From Mobula hypostoma (taxonomy: Eukaryota): a DNA stretch of 64,000 nt. A program made the translations under genes and the position numbers. The notes beneath the pieces are model-generated. The model searched no databases. It was given only the letters and a program-made list of their open reading frames with translations, and had not been told where the DNA came from. Where the stretch lies: contig NC_086097.1 in NCBI RefSeq assembly GCF_963921235.1, positions 86,616,001 through 86,680,000 on the forward strand. Direction: 5' to 3'. Numbering within the stretch: the stretch's first letter is position 1; each line of letters opens with the position of its first letter. Positions 1 to 14,000 of the stretch are shown here, piece after piece.

Positions 1-2399
1 CCATTTCTTGTTTACATTTGCATACTTGCCACTCCAATTAAATATTAACCAGTTTGTAAGGTATCAGATGTTTTAAATTGAAGTTTTATAGGCAGTGAGT
101 ACTAGATATTCAGCAAAGTACTTAGACTTGCATTCAGCCAAGCAGGAACATATGAAAGAGGCTTAAAAGCAAAGGGATGTGATCATAGTGAAGTTTATGA
201 GTAGAATTCAAAGACACTCTATCAGTATAAAGTTTAAAATGCTGCTATGAACAGTCATACATTCCCTATTATTAAAACCTTTGATAGCCATTGAAAGGTT
301 GGGATAGAGATCCAGGATTGTTCACCTTCTTCCCCCAAACCCATGTTTTCCATAGTCACTCTGTAAGCAAGACTAGTCAATAAAAAATCTAATGAGGCAC
401 TTTCTGTAGTCCAAGTTACTCTTCTTAGCCTGGACCCAACTCTGGGCTAACATTCAAAATAAACTGGTTTTATTTCACTCAAAGTAATGATGTCCCAACT
501 GTGCCAGTGAAGTAAAAGCTCTTTGCATAGGAGGTCACTATCCCAATCCTGGTTATTTTTCTTCCAACTATGTCCATGGCATTCTCTTTAAAGGGGTAGC
601 TAGAACGAAGGCAATCAGATACAGTACTTGATGAATTTAGGCTAATGCACTTCATACTCAAAGTAAGGAATCAACTGAAGCAACACAAGTTCGTGCTGCA
701 AGGGGAAGCAAGCTGCTAGGTTTTTGTTCCTTGATGCTCTCATTACTGATGCTCTTTGCTTTATTTGACTTTGTTGTGATATTTCAAGAGCCATGTGGCT
801 GTCTTACAAAATTAGGAAAGTCCACTGAATGAGCTATATGTGGCATGAACAATTATCCGATAATGGAGGATGGAGTACCATAGTGAGTCAAATGACAAAC
901 AGGGATCCTGTGGACGACAAAGGGTTTAAGAGAACTACAGAATGCCTCTATGAACAGGGAAATTCTAATTCAATAGAGTTCTACTGTGAAGTGTCACAGT
1001 GCTGGGCTCAAGGATTTCACTGGACTGAAGGAAATCTGATGAGTCATGTGTGTCTGTGCAGGCGGACAGAGTGGGCTAGCACTCAGTAAGGAATGTCTCT
1101 GAAGAGTGATTGTTTAAGTTGTTTTTGAAAACTGATGGAGCAGTTGATCTGCTGAACAGAGGTGAAAAGAATGATCAAAACAAAAAAAAATTTCTTTTGA
1201 CGTACTAGTGAAATGAAAAACTGTTCTAAACTGGTACAGAATTATAAAAATATGGCAATCATATTGTGGCTTAGTCTCAAAATGCAGCATCAATAATAAC
1301 AGGTATGGATGGTTAAATTTCAGATCGGTAAACTCCAGCTGCAGTAGGTGGACCAATTGTACAACTGGTAGCAATGTACCAGTAGTACGTGTGTTTTATC
1401 AGTCTGGTACACAGCATCCAGGTCCATGTCTTCATTTGGTGATTTGCCACATTGTAATGAATGGAAAGCACCAACAAGAAGTTCCCACTGAGAGATACCT
1501 CAGGCTGTTCTTGCATATATCCAGGCAACAGATTCTGGGGACACCTAAGGGAAATACCATGCATTGACATTTGCTGTCTTGAAGAATTTGAAAGAGAAAA
1601 AGAAATAAATGCAGTTGAAGCTAATGATTAAAGTAGAAAGTTGAAACTTTCAACTTTATGAGCAGTTAAATATGAGAGTTCTGCCCACAGGACAGTGATT
1701 AGTTAGTAGTGCTAAAATCCACTAATCTGACATCCAATTGTTTGGAAATCCTAGTGGTTTGGCATCTGGTGCACTTATTAATCTGGAACGTGAGCAGCAG
1801 GTCCAGAGGGCAAGCCAGATGTACAGCTAGAGCCAGGGGTCCAAATAACGGGCTACAATGCAACTTGAATGGGTCTGGAACACAAGGGCTCAGGAACATG
1901 GGTAGATTTGCAGCTGGAAGCCTGGGTTCTGGGCACATGCATATTTTTCACTCCCCTTGAACTCATGGGGTTCACTACAAAATCTATTATGCTGCTGAGC
2001 AATATGTAAAAAAAAGGAGAAATAAAGGTGTGTTTGAGTATTAATAGGAGTGAAAAATCTACTAGTCCGGCACCACTGACAAGGGTGTTGATTATTGGAA
2101 ATCCACTGTAGTATTTTTGTCTCTGATTTAGAAAATTATAGGCAATATCTCACACTGACTTTGGTGAGATTCATGTACAAGTTCATGGCTTTGGTTGACA
2201 TTCCAATGGAACATATAAATAACATTTTGGATGAGGGCAACAAAATTTTTGCTGCACTTTTCTTGTACAGTACCAGCAAAAAATGCAATTAACTTATTGT
2301 TCAAAGTTGCTAAAACAAAACCAGTAAATCTGAAGATAGAGGAGTTTTAGAAACACAAAGGATGATTAAGCCATTGACTAAAAAAAATGAGACTAAATT

Positions 2400-3130
2400 A
2401 GTGGGAAATACAAAAATAGGAGTTTCTGTAGCTGTATAAAAAGGCAAAGTTAACAAGGACAAATGTGGGTTCCTCTCAGACAGAGGACAGAGAATTCATA
2501 ATAGGCAGAATACAGGGGAATTAATCATAAAAGACATGAAGCCTCCCAGAAATACTGGAGATCCACATTAATAAGCTTTGTTTTCTATCTGTTAGCTAAC
2601 TCTTAATCCATGCTAAGTGTATTACCACCAATTGCATGTCCTGTAATCTTGTTTACCAGCCTGAGACATTATTAAGTGCTGCTGCAAATCCAAATAGACA
2701 CTTATTAACCTCTGCTAAAACTGATAAATCCAAAACTTCAGGTAATTCATATCCTAGTAACTTGAACGAGATGGCCACGGATAAAATACTTTGTCTGGTT
2801 AACACTTTCCATTGATTCACAAAGGTTCCTAAAGGTTGAAGGGTAACAAAAGTGTCCTGATAAAGAAAACAGGGAATCACCAACCTAATAGTCTGAGACT
2901 GGTAGTAAAAGTATTGTATCTATAATAAAGAATGAGATACCTAGACACATAGGGATGATATGATTGAGCAGAAACAACATGGATTTCTGACAGCAAATCA
3001 TGTCTGACTAATTTATTGGAATTCTTTGAGAATGTGTCCAGTAGACCAGATGAGGGGAAACCACAGTGCATTTCAGTAGACTCTCGATAAAAGGGGGGCT
3101 CAACAGCAACACATGGAATTGGGGTAGTAC
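2400..3130 (+). mobile_element. Decayed CR1 LINE ORF2 fragments
   Basis: Degenerate CR1 RT-coding motifs (caacatggatttctg...tcatgtctgactaatttattggaattctttgag = QHGF..SCLTNLLEFFE); no intact ORF. Confidence 0.7.
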
Positions 3131-3639
3131 ACAAGCATTGATTATGAATTAATGAAAAAAAAACAATGCTGGAAAGAGTCTGAAGGTCAGGACAAAACAC
3201 TGGAAAGAAAATCAGAGTTCAAGCTTCAGGATAGAGACCCTTTGTCAAAACTGGGAAGGAGATAAAATTAATTTGTTATGCAGCAGGGAAGGTGGGGTTT
3301 GTGATGTCTCTGATAGGCAAAACTGTGGTGGCCATGGGGTTAAGCTGATTTTCACAGCATGGATTAAGAGTTGGTTAAACGAAAACAAAGAGTAGGAATA
3401 AATGAGGACTTGTTAGGTTGACAGACTAACTGGTGACAATTAAAGGGATCAGTTAATGGGCCCTAACTATTCAAAATCTACATCAACAACTTATCTGAGG
3501 GACAGAATGGATCAACGAGATCACCTATGTGTGAAGCTGCAGGAGACAGTCAACGTCCTTGGAGAAAGAATGGATGCTAGGGAACTCAGGAAAGTTAATA
3601 GTGATATTTTGAAGACAGCCCACACTACAGAACAGGAGA

Positions 3640-4410
3640 TGCTGGAGACCGTAAAACACATAGTGGTGGATTAACCCCTGCAGGTTGATTAAGTGTATCC
3701 CAGAACATTGTGAGAAGATAGGAAAGGAATGCAGGGCCACTTGCAGAGATATTTGCATCACTGATAACTATGGGTGAGGTGCCTGAAAACTGGAGTGTTT
3801 CTAGTGTTGTGCCTTTGTTGAAGAAAGATGGCAAGGAAAAGCCTGGTGAGCCAAGCATTAGTGGTAGATGAAATATTGGAGGGGATTCTCAGAGAATCTG
3901 TGCATTTGGAAAGATGAGGACTAATTAGCAATAGTCAGCATGGCTTTTTGTGTGCCAAGTCATATCTTATGAATTTGGTTGAGTTTTTTGACAAATGACC
4001 TATGAGACAGATGTGGGAAATGAAGCTAAATTGTCTACATGGATTTTAGCAAGGCCCTTGACTAGATCAATCAAGGGAGGCTAGTCAGGAAAGTTAGATC
4101 ACATGAGATCCAGGGAAAGCGAGACATGTGGATAAAACATGGACTTGATGATAGTGTACAAAGGGTCATGGTGGAGGGATGTATTACCTACTGGAGACCT
4201 GTGACTAGTGGTGTACTGCAGGCAACGTTGCTGGATCTGTTGCTGTTTATCATTTATTTAATTATTTGTATGAGATTTTAGATTACAGAGTTAGTAAATT
4301 TGCAGATTAAATTGAAATTGTGGTATAGTGGATAGAGAAGAATGTTATCTAAAATTACAATGGGATCTTGATCTAGTGGGCCAGTGGGTCAAGGAATGGC
4401 AGACAGAGTT
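3640..4410 (+). mobile_element. CR1 LINE RT fragment, interrupted at ~4410 and resuming at ~6157-6250
   Basis: VVPLLKK, QHGF, MDFSKA, SKFAD and WQxEF motifs with frameshifts. The expected continuation (gataaatg..cactttgg..aaatggtagg) reappears at ~6157. Confidence 0.75.
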
Positions 4411-6150
4411 CAGAACACAGAACTTAGAACAGTATGGCATAGTACAAGCTCTTTTGAAAACAAAGTTGTACTGACCTTTACCTACTCCTAGGTCAATCTA
4501 ACACTTCCTTCCTGCATATCCCTGGAGTCTCTTAAATGTCTCTAATGTACCTGTCTCTACCTAGCAGTGTGTTCCATATACCCATCACTCTCAGCGTAAA
4601 AAACCTTAATTCTGACATCCCCCATACTTTCCTCCAATCACCCTAAAATTATATCCTTTTGTATTAGCCATTTCCATCCTGGGAAAAATGTGCTGGCTGT
4701 CCACTTGATCTATGCCTCTAATTGATTTATACACCTCTTTCAAGTTACCCCTCATTCTCCTTTGCTCCAAAGAGAAAAGCCTTTGTTCATTTAACCGTTC
4801 CTCATAATGCATGCTCTCTAAATCCAGGCAACATCCTGGAAAATCTCCTCTACACCTTCTTTAAAGTTTCCACATCCTTCCGATAATGAAATGACAGGAC
4901 TTAACACTGTACTCCAAGTATGGTCTAACCAGAGTCTTAGAGAGCTGCAACATTACCACATGGTTTTTAAACTCACTTCCCTAACAAATCAAAGCCAACA
5001 CACCATATATCTTCTTAACAACCCTATCAATCTGCATGGTAACTTTGAAAGATCTATTGATGTGGACCCCAAAAACCCTTCATTCCTCCACATTGCTAAG
5101 AATTCTGCCATCAACTCTAACTCTACCTTCAAGTTTGACCTTTCAAGGTGTAGCATTTCACCCCTTTCTGGATTGAACTCTATTTGCCACTTCTCAGCTC
5201 AGCTTTGCATCTTAACAATGTCATATTGTTACCTATGACACTCTTCTATACTATCCACAACATCACCAACCTTCAAATTATCTGAAAATTGACTAACCCA
5301 CCCTTAGATTTCTGTATCCAAGTCATTTATAAAAGTCACAAATTCAGGAGCTCCAGAACACTTACTGCAGAATGCCACTGGTCACAGAACTCCATCTACT
5401 ACCACTCTCTGCTTTCTGTGGGCAAGCCAATTTTGAATTCACGCAGCCAAGTTTTCCTGGACCCCATGCCTCCTGTCTCTCCCAATGAGCCAACTATGGG
5501 GAACCTTATTGAACACCTTACTAAAATCCATGACTCAGTACCAGAGATGCGATCACTGCAGTTTTCCCCTGGTGGGACATCCTTAACAGTATCCAAAGCA
5601 GTATACTTACTTTTGAGGGAAACAGCCACAAGGATACTCTGTACAGTCTGCCTGTTCCCTTTCCTTTTGCTGACAGTCACCCGACCACCCGCCTTGTGCA
5701 ACATAGGCGTGACTACCATCGTGTAGCTCTTATCTGTGGACTCATTCTCCCGAATGATCTGTGGGCCATCCATCTCCAGCTCCTGTTCTCTAACCCGACC
5801 TGTAAGAAGCTGTAGTTAGATGGCACTGGAGGGCTCCCAGATCTCCCTCATCTTGCAACAGGTGTACACCACTGTCCTGGGATCTATTCTCACCACTCTA
5901 GCTGGGCACTAATAAAGAAAGAAACTTGACAGAAACCTCAAGCAAGCCTCCGCCTCTCTCGCCAAAACCTCTTGAGTGATAGTCTCAGATCTGCACTCTA
6001 TCCCACTCCCACAACGGCCACTCCACTGAAGACTAACTTCTTTTTATTTGCCCCTGCCAAGTGCCTAATAAACTCAAATAATCTCAAGCTTTTAAATCTG
6101 GTGCTACTCATCACAAGTAATAGCACCTGTGATCAGCAGAACTGGTTGAG
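4411..6150 (-). mobile_element. Internally deleted CR1 LINE (5' end/ORF1 part fused to 3' half of ORF2 plus 3' UTR)
   Basis: Minus strand reads ORF1-like VAVSLKSKYTALDTV...SGTES directly into RT-like MDFSKVFNKVPH (junction ~5530), then the ORF2 C-terminus (YEERL..LFSLEQRRMRGNL) and a CR1-type 3' UTR ending ~4411. Confidence 0.7.
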
Positions 6151-6732
6151 TAGTTAGTGTGAGATAAATGAGAGGGGTCGCACTTTGGCAAGATGAATTA
6201 AAAAATGACTTACACAGAAAATGGTAGGGCTTTGAGTAGTGAATAGGAAAGATTTATAGACATATGGGTAAAATACAAACAAATAGGGCTTGCCACGCTG
6301 GGATGCATTGTGTTCAAGACCTGTGGTTTATACATTTCCACATTTGTTGATTAAACAAACTTAAGTGGCAATGTGGGTAATGCTGAGGATGCAATAGGTT
6401 TCAAGAGAATAAACACAAGCAGAGTGAGTGGACCACGTGAGTATACAATGTGAAAAAATCTACTTTGATTGAAAAAAGAACAAAAATACTGACTTTTTTA
6501 ATTGCAAGAGATTGGGGAATGATAATGTTCCAAAGAACGTGGGTAGCCTCACACATGTTGTATTGAAAACTAAAATGCTAGTGCACCAATTAGAAAGGGA
6601 AATGCCATTTTGGAGTTTATTGCAAAAGGATAGGGCCTTGGTGAGACATTAGTTAGAATACTGTGTGCAATTTTATTCTCCTCAGCTATAAAAATAATGC
6701 ACCTATCATAGAGGTGGATTAAAGATTCACTA

Positions 6733-8287
6733 CGTAAATACGAGGAATTCTGCAGATGCTGGAAATTCAAGCAACGCACATCAAAGTTGCTGGTGAACGC
6801 AGCAGGCCAGGCAGCATCTCTAGGAAGAGGCGCAGTTGATGTTTCGGGCCGAGACCCTTCTTCAGGACCAACTGAAGGAAGAGCTAGTAAGAGATTTGAA
6901 AGTGGGAGGGGGAGGGGGAGATCCAAAATGATAGGAGAAGACAGGAGGGGGAAGGATGGAGCCAAGAGCTGGACAGGTGATTGGCAAAAGGGATATGAGG
7001 GGATCATGGGACAGGAGGCCCAGGGAGAAGGAAAAGAGGGAGGGGGAGAAACCCAGAGGATGGGCAAGGGGTATAGTCAGAGGGACAGAGGGAGAAAAAG
7101 TAGAGAGAGAGAAAGAATGTGTGTATATAAATAAATAACTGATGGGTAACGAGGGGGAGGTGGGACATTAGCAGAAGCTAGAGAAGTCAATGTTCATGCC
7201 ATCAGGTTGGAGGCTACTCAGACGGAATATAAGGTGTTGTTCCTCCAACCTGAGTGTGGCTTCATCTTTACAGTAGAGGAGGCCGTGGATAGACATGTCA
7301 GAATGGGAATGGAATGTGGAATTAAAATGTGTGGCCACTGGGAGATCCTGCTTTCTCTGGCGGACAGAGCGTAGGTGTTCAGCAAAACGATCTCCCAGTC
7401 TGCGTTGGGTCTCGCCAATACGTAGAAGGCCACATCGGGAGCACCGGACGCAGTCCAGCCGACTCACAGGTGAAGTGTCGCCTCACCTGGAAGGACTGTC
7501 TGGGGCCCTGAATGGTGGTAAGGGAGGAAGTGTAAGGGCATGTGTAGCATTTGTTCCACTTACAAGGATAAGTGCCAGGAGGGAGATATATGTCCAACAT
7601 ATTATTCTCCGTGACTTCCGCCACCTCCAACGGGATCCCACCACTAAGCACATCTTTCCCTCCCCACCTCTCTCTGCTTTCCGTAGAGATCGCTCCCTAC
7701 GTGACTCCCTTGTCCATTCGTCCCCCCCCATCCCTCCCCACTAATCTCCCTCCTGGCACTTATCCTTGTAAGCGGAACAAGTGCTACACATGCCCTTACA
7801 CTTCCTCCCTTACCACCATTCAGGGCCCCAGACAGTCCTTCCAGGTGAGGCGACACTTCACCTGTGAGTCGGCTGGAGTGATATACTGCGTCCGGTTCTC
7901 CCGATGTGGCCATCTATATATTGGCGAGACCCGACGTAGACTGGGAGACCGCTTTGCTGAACACCTACGCTCTGTCCGCCAGAGAAAGCAGGATCTCCCA
8001 GAGGCCACACATTTTAATTCCACATCCCATTCCCATTCTGATATGTCTATCCACGGCCTCCTCTACTGTAAGGATGAAGCCACACTCAGGTAGCCTCCAA
8101 CCTGATGGCATGAACATTGACTTCTCTAACTTCCGCTAATGCCCCACCTCCCCCTCCCACTTTCAAATCTCTTACTATCTCTTCCTTCAGTTAGGCCTGA
8201 TGAAGGGTCTCGGCCTGAGACGTTGACTGTACCTCTTCCTAGAAATGCTGCCTGGCCTGCTGCATTCACCAGCAACTTTGATGTGTG
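6733..8287. mobile_element. Penelope-like element, inverted (fold-back) pair of GIY-YIG endonuclease/3' UTR copies
   Basis: Plus copy ~7591-8287 encodes PPGTYPCKRNKCYTC...VIYCVRFSRCGHLYIGETRRRLGDRFAEH. Minus copy 6733-~7590 is its inverse. Flanked by a 14 bp TSD with 2 mismatches (ttaaagattcacta 6719-6732 / ttaaagaatctcta 8288-8301). Confidence 0.9.
6833..6874 (-). ncRNA. Minimal hammerhead ribozyme motif in PLE 3' UTR (partly decayed)
   Basis: Minus strand ggtc-CTGAAGA-a-ggg-tctcgg-ccc-GAAA-c-ATC-aactg. Core boxes intact; helix I and III mismatched. Confidence 0.7.
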
Positions 8288-11086
8288 TTAAAGAATCTCT
8301 AGGTTGGTTTCTGATGTGGCAGGTCTGCTATATGAGAACTGGTTGAATGGTCTAGGCCTCTACAGAGATTGAAACAATGTTGTGACCTCATTGAAACATT
8401 GTAAGTTCTTTGTTGATCTTGACAGGGTTGTTGTAGGAGGAATGACTCTCATACTTGAGAAGAATGAGGTGACACAGTGTCAAAATACCTGGGGTAGGCT
8501 ATTTAGGAGTGAAAATAACAAGTGATTTCTTCATTCAAGAAGCAGTGAACCTTTGGAGTTCTTGAACCTGTAGGGTTGAGGAGTCTTAGGCATTAAGTTC
8601 ATAAAGAACTGAGACTGATACATTTCTAGATATTAAAGGAATTAAGTAATACGGAACATCATGCTGAAGTCGAAAAAAAGACAAGATTTTATTGAAAGGC
8701 AGAGCAGTGTTGAGAAGTCAGACAGTCTATTGCTACTCCTATTTTTGTTCATTGTTATCTCAGATAAATAAGGGAGTGAAGGGAAATCTTACCATGATGA
8801 AAAGTCAAGAATCTCTATAATCCTATAAAATAACCGTCAATAAGGTATTTTATTCTCTGTGAGAGAAACTTTCAGAATGTTTCTAGCCAACTTTCCTTTC
8901 TGCTAAACAACTATTCCAAAATATCTTACAATTTCTATTTTATGGATTCCTGTTTAAACAATGTTTTCTTACGAATTTTCTCACTTTTTTCCTGAGTCTG
9001 TTGATTTAGGTTAAGCTGAGTAATTATGGCTCCAGTGAATCTTGTTCAAAAATAAATTTCCATTTGTGATCCTAGATAGTCGATGGCTGGATATTTATTC
9101 TTACCTTAGTATCTGGCATTTCACTCAGGAACAAATACAAAAAATTGAGCTGAAATGAGAACCATTAGTTCATCTGATCAAGTCTTACAAACTACCTCTC
9201 AGATCCCTTACAATAACAATGTAAACATGATTGGTCTTCACCACCATTCAAGCTGCAAAGAGAGTCTGAAAGTAAATCCAGTACCTTTTTTTGACAATAT
9301 TCCTGAGGTCAGAACTACAGGATTTTTAATTATAAAGCTGCCACCTTAGGAGTTAAACAAATTAATATGTAAACTCCACCAAAAAAAAAGATTTGATTCT
9401 AATTTCAGTTCTCTGAGCTTCACATCAGATCTGTAGGTAACCACCGCTCGCAATGTCACTTTTTATTTTTGATTGTTGGAGCAATACAAAGGAAACTCGT
9501 TTGTAAAGCTTTCAATGCCAGTGTGGAATGCCACTCCTGCCTTTCTTAAGGATCTCAGTATAGCCACCAGTTGCTGATGCCTGCAGGTGAGAAAAACCTT
9601 CTAGTAAATGAGGTGTTGTTACAAAGTCTGCATTTTCCTACTCTATTACTAATAATGAATTTCTTAGTGTTCAGCGTTATTAGTATCCGTGCCTATGTTC
9701 TAAAGAGAAGACTGAATGATTGCTAGCTCTTTGGAAGAGTGTATGTAATTGAACACACATTATCTAGGCACCAGGAGAAACCACAGTACTACAGCTGCCA
9801 TCTCATGGCCTACATTGAATATTGCATCGTGGAATCTGTCTTGAGTTTGCTCACAGTAACTTCTAAATTGTGTTTCAGAAATGGAATGATTGAAGAACTT
9901 GAATTCATATTGTCAGCTGAACCAAATGGCATTTCATGAATTTACACCGCCTTTCTAGTCAATCTGATGTTTTACTGAGGGTATACTACCTTTAAATTTT
10001 CCTCAGATTCTTTGCTGATTCTAATCTCATATTCATCATGCACTTTTAGCTTGAGTTTGGGCAGGAGAACCACTACTAATTCTTCACAGAGAATTGTAAA
10101 TTGAAGCCTTCAACATATGTAAAATGGGTAAAATGACATCTCCCTCATTCAATTACTGAAAAAAAAACTAAGCCTATTGACTATCTATCTCTGCTCAGCT
10201 CACTATAGCATCCTCACTGACAGCTGATTCTCAGTAGAGAATGGAAATTTAAATTAAAATTCAGTTTCAGGATGTTGGATTTCCCCAAGAGCATTTCATA
10301 AAATGAAGTCTGATCAATCTATGTCATTTTTGCACCATCAAGGTCCAGATAAGAGGGTGAATAAGGTCTTAGGAGATATCCAAGAGAGCCTGGGAGGCGT
10401 CTACTGCATATTCATATAATTTATCAAGATAAATCTGTTACAAAATTAGATAACCTGCTTATTCAAGCAAAGCACAGCTACAAAATTCCTGATGCAGGGC
10501 CTCAACCCAAAATGCCGACACATTTCCTTTACTTCCACAGATGCTGCTGACCAGCTGAGTACTAACAGCAGCTTATTTTTTGCATCGGACAATAATCACC
10601 TGCGACAGAAAACAGTGGGCAGCCAGGTGATGTCATATGTCAGTAGATTGTGTTGAGGAACAAAGTGGAGGAAACACTGCACTTCTAATGGGGTGTGACT
10701 CCAAACTTGGGAAACATGACTTCAGAGGATCTCGTCAAGTGCTGCTAAATCACTTTGGAGAAGTTTTTGCACTGGTCAGCAAGATACCAAGAAAGGCAAG
10801 GCTTCATAACCAAGTCTTACAATGAAATGCCTCTGCAAATGAAAGTAATTTGTTTCCTGAACTTTCTTTTACTATCGCCTGTCTTTCCAAATTGATAACC
10901 AGTGAATAAGATCAGCATTGTTTACGATAGAATTTCTTAAATCTCTCTAATTTAATTTAGAAATTCTTCCATTAGTCAAAAGCTTTCCTTAGTCTGCACA
11001 ATGCAAAATATAATCATGTAATTCAAAGAAGTGTCCAGAAGATAATAGCTGGAAATTATAAAAGCTTATTCACATAATTATTAAGA

Positions 11087-14000
11087 TGCAAGACAAAGCT
11101 TGTGCAAGTCATTTTATGTGCTTAACAAAAGCCGCAGGCACCCTTTACATTCATTATGAACAAACCAAAAACAGTTGCCTTACACTGACGTCATTACGTC
11201 AGACACCATCTCTTAAAGTGAACACCACAACTCAATGACAGTGCGAATTATGTTGAACGGTTTCTATTCTGAACAATATGTGTCATATGTCATCCATTAC
11301 ATTACCCTACACACAGGCCCCCCCACCCGCCACCAAGAATTCACCAAAACCGGCGTCGTGAGTCTGTCTGGAGCTCATATGAGCTGCCTGGCTCAGGTCC
11401 TATGTACGAACAAAAAATGAATGAGGTAGAATGTAAGTCAACAGGAACCCAAGAGTGCCGTATGCCATGATGGGAGGTAGGAATAGGTGTAAAACAATTG
11501 AGTTTCCTGAGGAGAGTGGAATACTGCTGACTAGACCAGTCATGTGCTAGGAATAAGATCACTCAGCACCTGAAGTCACTGCCCGTACACCAACTTAGCT
11601 GTGGAGGACTGCAAGTCCACTTTTGTAACTATTCAGAGGCCCAACAGAAACCTATGGGAGACAATTGTGCTAACAGACGTCCATCAGGGAAGCCCTCAAG
11701 AGCAGCCTTTAAGGAATGGTGAAACTGCTTAGCTATTGGACTGTGGGTGATATGCCGTGGTGTGATGCAGTTTAACACTGAGGTTCTGGTACATTGCGGC
11801 CCAGAGGCCGATGTGAATTGAAGACAGGTTTCAGAAGAAATGTTAGAAGAGGTGCTGAACCGAGTGACCCAGGTGCTGAGGAATGCCTGAGCCACGTCTG
11901 CAGCCATTATTAATGCTAGAGTGGCAACATCTGGTCATTTGGTGGTCCACCATGGTAAGGAGATATATGAAACTGCAGGACGGGATAGAGGACAAACTGG
12001 GTTCACATTGTCATGGGCAAACCATTACTTAGGGATCTCGAAAGGTGCCAATGGGGAACCTTGACACACCACATAGGTTATATTTCAGTCTTGCACATCC
12101 TTCATAAGGCCAGGTCACACAAACTTTAAAGCAACCAGTTTCTGTGGAGTCCTCCTGCCCAGATGTGAAAGACCATGAATGGAGTTAAAAACAATATGCC
12201 TCCAGTTTGCATGCACTATGGGGTGAGGGTGACCGGTTGAGACATCAAATAGGACAAAAACTCCTGCATCCCTGAACGTGACGTCAGCCAACCGCAGGCC
12301 AGTGACTGCTGTCCTATAAGCCTGGACCTCTGGGTTGGTAGCTTGGTTGATTGCCATGCTGACATAGTCAACCCTGATGTGCATGGCAATGACAGCAAGC
12401 CATGGGAGGCAATGAATGTGCTGTATGTCACTCATGAATTCCGAAATATAGGCCAGGTGGCATTACTACCATGCAGACTAAGGGTCTGACACCTTGGCCA
12501 TCATGTGCACGATGGGCTTATGTGATAAGTGTTTGGTTTTGGATGCACTGGTGCAAGTATGTCATCCAGGTAAACAAAAAGTAAATTGAAGTCTTTTAAC
12601 AGAGTCTATTAGTTGCTGGAAAGTCTGTGCTGTGTTTTTCAGCCCAAATGGCATGTGCAGACACACATGTGTAGACTAAACTCAATTTTAACAGCACTTC
12701 TGGGAACTTCTTCAATGCACACAGGCACCTGATGGTAGCCTCTGACTACTTTAGAGAAAAATTATCTTTCCGGCTAAACATGCTGAAAAGTCTTGAATAT
12801 GTGGGACCAGGTAATGATTTGGGGTGGTGCACTCGACGAGGTGGTAATAATTGCTACATGAATGGCAAACACTATCGGGCTTAGGGACCATGTGAAGGGG
12901 TAAAGCCCAAGGATGTTTTGACCTGCCTACAATGGCAAGCATTTCCATGTTAGCGAACTCAGCCTTTACATTGGCCTGCTTTTCTGAGTCCGGTCTACGC
13001 ACATGGGTGTGGACCAGTGACTCAGTTGTGAAAATGTTGTGCTGGACCCCATGCTTTGTGACTATATTGGAAAATGTAGGCTTGGGAATTTGCCCAGCAG
13101 GCAGGTAAATTCACATGTGGTGTGAATGCACTAGAAAGAATCATCACAGGGAACTTACTGGGGATACAGGGTAAAAAAAAAAGAAGTCCTTTGTGTCCAC
13201 AAGCCAGCAGTTCTTAAGATCTACTAACGGTTCTTTGGCAAACATGAAATCTGTACCTAGCAGAGGGCAAGCAGCTTTAGTCAAGCTGAAGTCTCATGTG
13301 CAGCATCATCCACTGAAGCAGAATGCCATGTGCTGCGTCCCTTAAGTCCAGATCCTGCTGTCATTGGCAGCTTCCAATGAGGGTCCATTACTCTCTGCCT
13401 TATAGACAATGGGTGATGCTGGCAGCACACTCACTTGAGCGCCTGTGGCACACAGGAAGCATCGCCCTGAAAGGTTGTCCGTAATGAACAATAGAAGACC
13501 CTGGCAGCTGGAACATATGGTGTTCACAGACTTACAATGTCCCAATGTTCTGGCACTGTCGAAGCTGCGCGGTGGTCGGCACTTCTTGATATTCGTGTCA
13601 AAGCGTATGTGGCAAAAACATTACTTAACAATGTCTGGTTCAGAGCTGCAGGGATGTGTCTGCTGGGGGCTCTGCTGCCAGCGCTTATTGAGACAGTGAA
13701 AGGAGGAGGAACGATGCATCTCTGCCTGGCTGAGTGTAGCCATTTTAGCAAGCTCCGTATTGTCCTTTATGGGTGTATTAGTGAGACCTGTGCAAACTTT
13801 ATCAGGTATTAGGAGTTCAAAAAAAAATAAAATATGATGATGATTACCTTGGAGAGATAGCATGTGCTCCATTAATTTTGAAGACCTAGCATCACCCAGG
13901 TTGAGCATGGAGAGCAACTGTTTGGCACTCTTAGACTCAGACTCTGTAATAGATGAGTTTTATGAGTCACATACAGTATTTATTAGGTTCAGGTGGATCT

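Larger units (their letters stand above)
6380..8750 (+). mobile_element. Old CR1 3' fragment split by the Penelope-like insertion at 6733-8287
   Basis: Degenerate ALVR..LEYCVQF motif before the insertion; continuation (GLLYE..L..LGLY, 3' UTR) after it. Confidence 0.6.

Noticed and set aside
1313..1570. Minus-strand ORF with TYYWYIATSCT..PP, faintly like an APBB/Fe65 WW domain, plus an ag/gt pair at ~1500-1546
   Set aside because: Lacks the first Trp and LPxGW motif, and no other exons support it; likely chance.
6570..7134. Pro/Leu/Ser-rich and Gly/Glu/Arg-rich ORFs (also at 22112-23156 and 57527-57995)
   Set aside because: Translations of the low-complexity purine/pyrimidine-skewed PLE 3' UTR.
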